DNA from: a virus
Length of the DNA stretch: 64,000 bases
IMG/VR virus record: IMGVR_UViG_3300027754_000063
Coordinates: 25,277-89,276 of that record
Direction: 5' to 3' (one strand)
The position numbers were made by a program, and so were the translations under genes. The notes beneath the pieces are model-generated. The model had not been told where the DNA came from. It searched no databases and worked only from the letters and a program-made list of their open reading frames with translations. Positions 57,965 through 64,000 of the stretch are shown here, piece after piece (position 1 is the stretch's first letter; each line of letters opens with the position of its first letter).

Positions 57965-58627
57965 TTACATTATATATATATTGATTATTTGATTGTTTGG
58001 AAATAATTTTTTAAATAAATTCTCCCCGATTCCAGTAGGCACTAAAATAGTTTGCATGCCAGTAGAAGCCGCTTTATATAAATATTCATTTTCAACACCA
58101 AATACAGCATCAAATTCATTATAATCTATTGGATTAATATCCACAGAATATTCATTGCTTTCAATTATTTCAATAGCTTTCTTTATTTGCGAACCAGTAA
58201 GAGATTTTGTTGGAAAGCAACCGTTTGTTAGAAGAGCACATCTTTTTAAATGGTTTTTACCTGTATTTTTAAGAGTGATATCACATGAAAAATTAGGGAA
58301 ATTTGTCAAAGCAATACTTTGGAATTCTATGTCAGATTCGACCATAAGATTTTCCACAGGGTGAAAATCTATATTATCTGAAATTTCTTTTACATAGGAC
58401 AAGCTATTTTTATTGTTTATTAATTCTGTTCTAGAAAAAACTTTTTTTTCATACTTAAGAACATGAATTGAATCATCTTGGCATGCTATATACATCTGAA
58501 GACCGGGAAAAGAGGATTCTATTGTTGGTCTTAATAAAGACAATTGAACAAGATATTCTCTGTTATTTCCATAATAAGCAACACAAAAATTATTCTTTAT
58601 TTTAACGTAGTTAGGCAGTGTAATCAT
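57965..58627 (-). CDS. Hypothetical protein, possibly degenerate GT-B glycosyltransferase-like
   Basis: PTKSL, DAVFGVEN..LYKAAS.G pattern recalls GT9-like C-termini; weak. Confidence 0.55.
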   Translation of the reverse strand: MITLPNYVKIKNNFCVAYYGNNREYLVQLSLLRPTIESSFPGLQMYIACQDDSIHVLKYEKKVFSRTELINNKNSLSYVKEISDNIDFHPVENLMVESDIEFQSIALTNFPNFSCDITLKNTGKNHLKRCALLTNGCFPTKSLTGSQIKKAIEIIESNEYSVDINPIDYNEFDAVFGVENEYLYKAASTGMQTILVPTGIGENLFKKLFPNNQIINIYIM

Positions 58628-58773
58628 TCAAAAAATTCCTTACGATCAAGCCTTAGTTGGCACGGATGCTATTAAGGCATTTACAAAACAATTTGGATCA
58701 ATGGACGATCATATAAATAGAATTATTTTAGAAGAAGTTCTAAAATTATTGCTAAATTACAAAGAAGGCGAAA

Positions 58774-59136
58774 ATGGTTGAACTTTATCTTTATCTTACA
58801 AAAAGAGATAAAAAAGGAATGAGAATAATTGCAAAGTTCTTGTCAAAAGAACAATCTGCGATTAGAATCACAGAAGATAATATAACAAATCTTTCAATTC
58901 CAATCAATATATTAAATGATATCAACAAAAAAATTTATGATTCTAGAATGATGTGGGAAGTTTGGGCAGAATCCTCAGACAGCTATGTATCTCTTAAAAA
59001 ATTACTTAAAAAAAGAGGATACAAAAATATACCAATGAGTGCACAACCGGAAATTATGACGTTAACAATTGAATTAGATAACCGGTTAGAAAATAAAAAG
59101 CCTATGATTCAAAAACTAGCTGATCACAACATGTAA
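58774..59136 (+). CDS. Hypothetical protein
   Basis: 120-aa ORF with AAGG RBS. Confidence 0.65.
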   Translation: MVELYLYLTKRDKKGMRIIAKFLSKEQSAIRITEDNITNLSIPINILNDINKKIYDSRMMWEVWAESSDSYVSLKKLLKKRGYKNIPMSAQPEIMTLTIELDNRLENKKPMIQKLADHNM

Positions 59137-59397
59137 TTTATTTAATTCTATTTTACCATTATTGGTTTCTATTGTTACAATATTACCAAACTTTTCTGTT
59201 ACGATGCCTCCATTTATTCGGAAGTCTTTTAATACTTTGCGTGCATCGCCTTCAATTACTTCAGCTATTAGAGAAAGTTTTTTTGTTGATTCTTTTAATT
59301 CTACTTTGCAACCAACAATAGAATCTTTTTCTTCTTTTGAATGGGATATCCATTTTTTAAAATCACTAAAATTAAAATTAAACGGATCGTTGCTCAT
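59116..59397 (-). CDS. Small hypothetical protein
   Basis: MSNDPFNFNFSDFKKWI; in operon with the upstream gene. Confidence 0.65.
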   Translation of the reverse strand: MSNDPFNFNFSDFKKWISHSKEEKDSIVGCKVELKESTKKLSLIAEVIEGDARKVLKDFRINGGIVTEKFGNIVTIETNNGKIELNKLHVVIS

Positions 59398-59400
59398 AGT

Positions 59401-60285
59401 TTAGTTTTCAAAAAAATCTATTATTTTGTCTTCATCTATATAAGCAGCAAATTCATGTTTTATTCCACTTGAACAATCTGCAACCTTAATTTCATAGTTT
59501 TTTTCTTGTGAAAGCCAGAATAAATTACTTCCTATTAAGTTGCTAGCAATTTTTTGCTGCGGATACATCCATAAGTTGTTTTCAAGTTTATCGGCTCCAG
59601 GACGTTCCTCTTTAAATGAACTATCGCAACATAAAAGAAGCAGTTTTTCTACTCCAAATTTGTATGATAAACCAATTGACGCACATACGGGATTTCTATA
59701 ATCGTCTATTTGCCATAGTGCCTCTTTTTTCCAAGAACCCTCATATTCTGACTCTTCCACAGGGCTATATCGGTACTTTATTCCGTTGTATTTGTTAAGA
59801 AACATAAAGTTTGTCCTTGTTGCCGCAATACAACGGGGTAATGGTCTATTTGTTCTAGGAAGATAAGACATACACTCATCATAAGGATTGTTTACAACAT
59901 AATATGATAAGTTTCTTTGACACTGCCACTTTTTAAGACTTCCATTGACTCCTATTATAACAATATCTTTTGGCAAATTATCTAAAATTTTATGCTTTTC
60001 TTTAAAGTTAAATCCGTCAGAAACAATGATGATATTTGGGTGATAAATAGGGTTTGAATCTATCCATGTATATTTTTCTAATTGATTTTTAAACTCATTC
60101 GTTAGAAAAAGAAAATGATCTTTTGCTTGAATTGTCTTGTTTATGTCCGAATAAGGAACATTATCCTTAGTAAAGTTTCTAACCCACATATTATCAGAAG
60201 TTAATATGTACTCATTACCATTTTTGTTTTTTTTAATTCTCATTACATGCTCGTATATTACAAAACCGCAATAATTCAAGTTCAT
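59401..60285 (-). CDS. Maf/MptE (DUF115)-like transferase-fold protein
   Basis: IIIVSDG, IIGVNGS, YYVVNNP, ASIGLSYKFGVEKLLLLCCD, VADCS pattern of Maf_flag10/GT42-like folds. Confidence 0.65.
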   Translation of the reverse strand: MNLNYCGFVIYEHVMRIKKNKNGNEYILTSDNMWVRNFTKDNVPYSDINKTIQAKDHFLFLTNEFKNQLEKYTWIDSNPIYHPNIIIVSDGFNFKEKHKILDNLPKDIVIIGVNGSLKKWQCQRNLSYYVVNNPYDECMSYLPRTNRPLPRCIAATRTNFMFLNKYNGIKYRYSPVEESEYEGSWKKEALWQIDDYRNPVCASIGLSYKFGVEKLLLLCCDSSFKEERPGADKLENNLWMYPQQKIASNLIGSNLFWLSQEKNYEIKVADCSSGIKHEFAAYIDEDKIIDFFEN

Positions 60286-63200
60286 TTAGCACATGGAACA
60301 ATAGCAACGCACTGTGCGTTTCCATTCTCGCCTGTAATTCTTCCAATATCTAAACTTATTTTTACGTCAATTGGAGAACCTTTATAAACTAGTTCTACTT
60401 CTGGTTTATCTGGAAGCACCAACTTAATTTCTGACGGTGCACCAATAAGTTCAATAACAGAAGGTATTCCAACAACTTGAATTTTATCGGGTATACCAGA
60501 TGCATCAATTTTTATAGATGGGAAATAATCCGGTACCTGTAAAGGTATGAATTTTGGCAAACTACTAGAATCTATTGCTATGGAATCAGGAAGATTACTT
60601 ACTAATTCTATTGTGCTAGGCATATTCAATACAAACATTTTTATTTCAGAAGGAATTGGTATCTCTGGGGATATAATTCTAATATCCGGTATTTCTGGAG
60701 ATAACACTTTAATCATAACGGGTATGTCATGAACAACTCTAATGTCTGGAACTTCTGGAAACTTAACTATTATTTCAGATGGGATACTAAAGTCCCCCAT
60801 GCTTACTTCAATAGAATCAGAATCTTGATCTTGATCTCTTGCTCTCATGCCGCCACCGCCGGGACTCGGACATTCTATAGACACGGTGCAGCTAAGCGTA
60901 GGAACAGAACCCCAATTTATACTTATTGTAGGTGCCGCTCCAAAGCCAATAGCAGAAAAAGTTGGTGCATTACCAAAATTAATTAAGGATGGCAACCACT
61001 CTCCACTTGTCCCCTTAGGCATAGGACCAAATTGAATTAAAGAAGGTAACCACTCTCCATTTAGCCCCTTAGGCATAGGACCAAACTGAATTAAAGAAGG
61101 CAACCACTCTCCATTTAGCCCTTTAGGCATCGGACCAAAACTAATTAAAGATGGTAGACCGGTCGGCATCGGACCAAAACTAATTGTAGATGGCAAACCA
61201 GTCGGCATCGGACCAAAACTAATTGTAGATGGTAACCCTGTCGGCATAGGACCAAAACTAATTAAAGAAGGTAACCCTGTCGGCATAGGACCAAAACTAA
61301 TTAAAGAAGGTAGACCTGTTGGCATAGGACCAAAACTAATTGTAGATGGTAGACCTGTTGGCATAGGACCAAATTCAATTAATGTAGTTCCAGTCGGTAT
61401 CGGACCAAATTCAATTAATGTAGTTCCAGTAGGTATCGGACCAAATTCAATTAATGTAGTTCCAGTAGGTATCGGACCAAATTCAATTAACGTTGTTCCA
61501 GTCGGTATTGGACCAAATTCAATTAACGTAGTTCCAGTCGGTATAGGACCAAAACTAATTAATGTAGTTCCAATCGGTATCGGACCAAAACTAATTAAAG
61601 ATGGTAGCCCTGTAGGTATCGGACCAAAACTAATTAACGTAGTTCCAGTCGGTATCGGACCAAAACTAATTAATGTAGTTCCAGTCGGTATCGGACCAAA
61701 GTTAATTAAAGATGGTAAACCTGTCGGCATCGGACCAAAACTAATTATAGAGGGGAGCCCAGTCGGCATCGGACCAAAGCTAATTAACGTGGTGCCAGTC
61801 GGTATAGGACCAAAGTTAATTAACGTAGTTCCAGTTGGTATCGGACCAAAGTTAATTAACGTAGTTCCAGTTGGTATCGGACCAAATTCAATTAACGTGG
61901 TTCCAATCGGAATCGGACCAAATTCAATTAACGTTGTTACATTCGGAATCGGACCAAAGTTAATTAATGTAGGCAGGCATACTTGTATGTCTATGTAAAG
62001 ATTCGGCAAAGGACCAAAACTAATTAAAGTTGGCAGACCTGTCGGCATAGGACCAAAACTAATTATAGATGGAAGTCCAGTTGGTATAGGACCAAAGCTA
62101 ATTAAAGTGGTTCCAGTCGGTATAGGACCAAAGTTAATTAAAGTAGTTCCAGTTGGTATCGGACCAAAGTTAATTAAAGTAGTTCCAGTTGGTATCGGAC
62201 CAAAGTTAATTAACGTGGTTCCAATTGGTATAGGACCAAATTCAATTAAAGTAGTTCCAATTGGTATAGGACCAAAATTAATTAATGTAGGCAGACAAAC
62301 TTGTATGTCTATGTAAAGATTTGGCAAAGGACCAAATTCAATTAAAGTTGGTAGACCTGTTGGCAAAGGACCAAAACTAATTATAGATGGCAATCCAGTT
62401 GGTATCGGACCAAAATTAATTAACGTAGTCCCAAATGGTATCGGACCAAATTCAATTAACGTAGTTCCAGTCGGTATAGGACCAAAGTTAATTAATGTAG
62501 GCAGGCAAACTTGTATGTCTATGTAAAGATTTGGCAAAGGACCAAATTCAATTAAAGTTGGCAGACCTGTCGGTATAGGTCCAAATTCAATCGAAGACGG
62601 TAGCCCCATTGGGATCGGACCAAACTCAATTAAAGTAGTTCCAGTCGGTATAGGACCAAAACTAATTAAAGTAGTACCAATTGGTATAGGACCAAAGTTA
62701 ATTAACGTAGTTCCAGTCGGTATCGGACCAAAGTTAATTAATGTAGGCAAACATACTTGTATATCTATATAAAGATTAGGTAAAGGACCAAATTCAATTA
62801 AAGTTGGTACTGTTGGCATAGGACCAAAACTAATTAACGATGTTCCAATCGGTATAGGACCAAAACTAATTAAAGTAGTTCCAGTCGGTATAGGACCGAA
62901 ATTAATCAACGTAGGCAAACCAGTTGGTATAGGACCAAAACTAATTAAAGAAGGCAGACCAGTCGGTATAGGACCAAAACTAATTAAAGAAAGCAGACCA
63001 GTCGGTATAGGACCGAAATTAATCAATGATGGAATGTTTGCAGGTCCAAATTCAATCTTTGAAGGCATACAAACTTGTATGTCTACTGTTACCGTTGGTA
63101 CAGCACCAAAATTAATTAACGTTGGCACTGTAGGAGTAGGACCGAAGTTAATCGCTGATGGTACTGTAGGAATAGGACCAAAGTTAATCACGGACGGTAT

Positions 63201-64000
63201 GTTTACAGGACCGAAATTAATAACCGATGGTATGTTTACAGGAGAGAATTCAATCTTTGAAGGCATACAAACTTGTATGTCCACAGTCACCGTTGGAACA
63301 GCACCAAAATTAATCAATGTTGGTACTGTAGGAATAGGACCAAAGTTAATCACGGACGGTATATTTACAGGACCGAAATTAATAACCGATGGTATGTTTA
63401 CAGGAGAGAATTCAATCTTTGAGGGCATACAAACTTGTATGTCTACGGTAACCGTTGGTACAGCACCAAAATTAATTAACGTTGGCACTGTAGGAGTAGG
63501 ACCGAAGTTAATCACTGATGGTACGTTTACAGGACCGAAACTAATAACCGATGGTATGTTTACAGGAGAGAATTCAATCTTTGAAGGCATACAAACTTGT
63601 ATGTCCACAGTCACCGTTGGTACAGCACCAAAATTAATCAATGTTGGTACTGTAGGAATAGGACCAAAGTTAATCACTGACGGTATGTTTATAGGACCGA
63701 AACTAATAACCGATGGTATGGTTACAGGAGAGAATTCAATCTTTGAAGGCATACAAACTTGTATGTCTACTGTCACGGTTGGCACAGCACCAAAGCTAAT
63801 CAATGTTGGTATGTTTAAAGGTACAGGTCCGAAACTAATCACGGATGGTACGTTTATAGGGCCGAAACTAATCACCGATGGTATGGTTACAGGAGAGAAT
63901 TCAATCTTTGAAGGCATACAAACTTGTATGTCTACTGTCACGGTTGGCACAGCACCAAAGCTAATCAATGTTGGTATGTTTAAAGGTACAGGTCCGAAAC
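60282..64000 (-). CDS. Giant Pro/Thr/Ile-rich repeat protein, partial (start outside window)
   Basis: Frame open past 64000; dozens of 11-13-aa I(S/N/E)FGPxPTG repeats; degenerate IP..I repeats at the C-terminus. Confidence 0.85.
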   Translation of the reverse strand, partial: FGPVPLNIPTLISFGAVPTVTVDIQVCMPSKIEFSPVTIPSVISFGPINVPSVISFGPVPLNIPTLISFGAVPTVTVDIQVCMPSKIEFSPVTIPSVISFGPINIPSVINFGPIPTVPTLINFGAVPTVTVDIQVCMPSKIEFSPVNIPSVISFGPVNVPSVINFGPTPTVPTLINFGAVPTVTVDIQVCMPSKIEFSPVNIPSVINFGPVNIPSVINFGPIPTVPTLINFGAVPTVTVDIQVCMPSKIEFSPVNIPSVINFGPVNIPSVINFGPIPTVPSAINFGPTPTVPTLINFGAVPTVTVDIQVCMPSKIEFGPANIPSLINFGPIPTGLLSLISFGPIPTGLPSLISFGPIPTGLPTLINFGPIPTGTTLISFGPIPIGTSLISFGPMPTVPTLIEFGPLPNLYIDIQVCLPTLINFGPIPTGTTLINFGPIPIGTTLISFGPIPTGTTLIEFGPIPMGLPSSIEFGPIPTGLPTLIEFGPLPNLYIDIQVCLPTLINFGPIPTGTTLIEFGPIPFGTTLINFGPIPTGLPSIISFGPLPTGLPTLIEFGPLPNLYIDIQVCLPTLINFGPIPIGTTLIEFGPIPIGTTLINFGPIPTGTTLINFGPIPTGTTLINFGPIPTGTTLISFGPIPTGLPSIISFGPMPTGLPTLISFGPLPNLYIDIQVCLPTLINFGPIPNVTTLIEFGPIPIGTTLIEFGPIPTGTTLINFGPIPTGTTLINFGPIPTGTTLISFGPMPTGLPSIISFGPMPTGLPSLINFGPIPTGTTLISFGPIPTGTTLISFGPIPTGLPSLISFGPIPIGTTLISFGPIPTGTTLIEFGPIPTGTTLIEFGPIPTGTTLIEFGPIPTGTTLIEFGPIPTGTTLIEFGPMPTGLPSTISFGPMPTGLPSLISFGPMPTGLPSLISFGPMPTGLPSTISFGPMPTGLPSTISFGPMPTGLPSLISFGPMPKGLNGEWLPSLIQFGPMPKGLNGEWLPSLIQFGPMPKGTSGEWLPSLINFGNAPTFSAIGFGAAPTISINWGSVPTLSCTVSIECPSPGGGGMRARDQDQDSDSIEVSMGDFSIPSEIIVKFPEVPDIRVVHDIPVMIKVLSPEIPDIRIISPEIPIPSEIKMFVLNMPSTIELVSNLPDSIAIDSSSLPKFIPLQVPDYFPSIKIDASGIPDKIQVVGIPSVIELIGAPSEIKLVLPDKPEVELVYKGSPIDVKISLDIGRITGENGNAQCVAIVPCAK
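60960..64000 (-). repeat. Coding tandem repeat array (33-39-nt units, 54-nt and 162-198-nt higher-order units)
   Basis: Recurrent ggaccaaa..taatt core; caatctttga.ggcatac landmark at 63053, 63251, 63413, 63575, 63737, 63902. Confidence 0.95.

Noticed and set aside
26581-63000. Many 60-150-aa antisense ORFs in the track (for example 26581, 29241, 30631, 48959, 61789, 62107)
   Set aside because: They lie wholly opposite well-supported genes, lack RBSs and mirror the sense-strand codon pattern.
60960-64000. CRISPR array (36-nt periodicity)
   Set aside because: Units are in-frame coding repeats with third-position variation and no unique spacers; no cas genes.
1-64000. Stop-codon reassignment, as in some jumbo phages
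   Set aside because: Core genes are full length in the standard code and TAA, TAG and TGA all end genes at expected positions.
1-64000. tRNA or rRNA genes
   Set aside because: No cloverleaf with a T-loop in a suitable intergenic space and no rRNA-like sequence seen by eye; tRNAscan-SE would be decisive.

Overview
A 64-kb, AT-rich, densely coding segment of a large T4-like (myovirus-type, probably jumbo) bacteriophage genome read in the standard code. It covers most of the virion morphogenesis region: terminase large subunit, intein-containing portal, prohead core, protease, scaffold and major capsid protein (followed by two free-standing endonuclease genes), tail sheath, two tail-tube paralogues, neck/tail-completion proteins, a gp26-like chaperone, a gp55-like late sigma factor and several mosaic fibre/adhesin proteins. 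Interspersed are accessory genes (ferritin-like, CYTH, proteases, sulfotransferase-like, glycosyltransferases, PaaK/CapK-like ligase, LpxH-like phosphoesterase, deaminase, actin-like ATPase). The most notable observations are: a family of proteins sharing a T4-like capsid-targeting leader (including an ADP-ribosyltransferase-like and an HExxH cargo), a copy of the major-capsid insertion domain nested in an unrelated gene, a probable -1 frameshift in the gp26-like gene, split or permuted FGE (C-type lectin) domains in a 1689-aa fibre, a giant Pro/Thr repeat protein coupled to a Maf-like sugar transferase, an orphan IS200/IS605-type end, and a TATATA late-promoter candidate. No rRNA, tRNA, CRISPR array or reverse transcriptase was seen. 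All calls come from motif recognition by eye; no database search was run.
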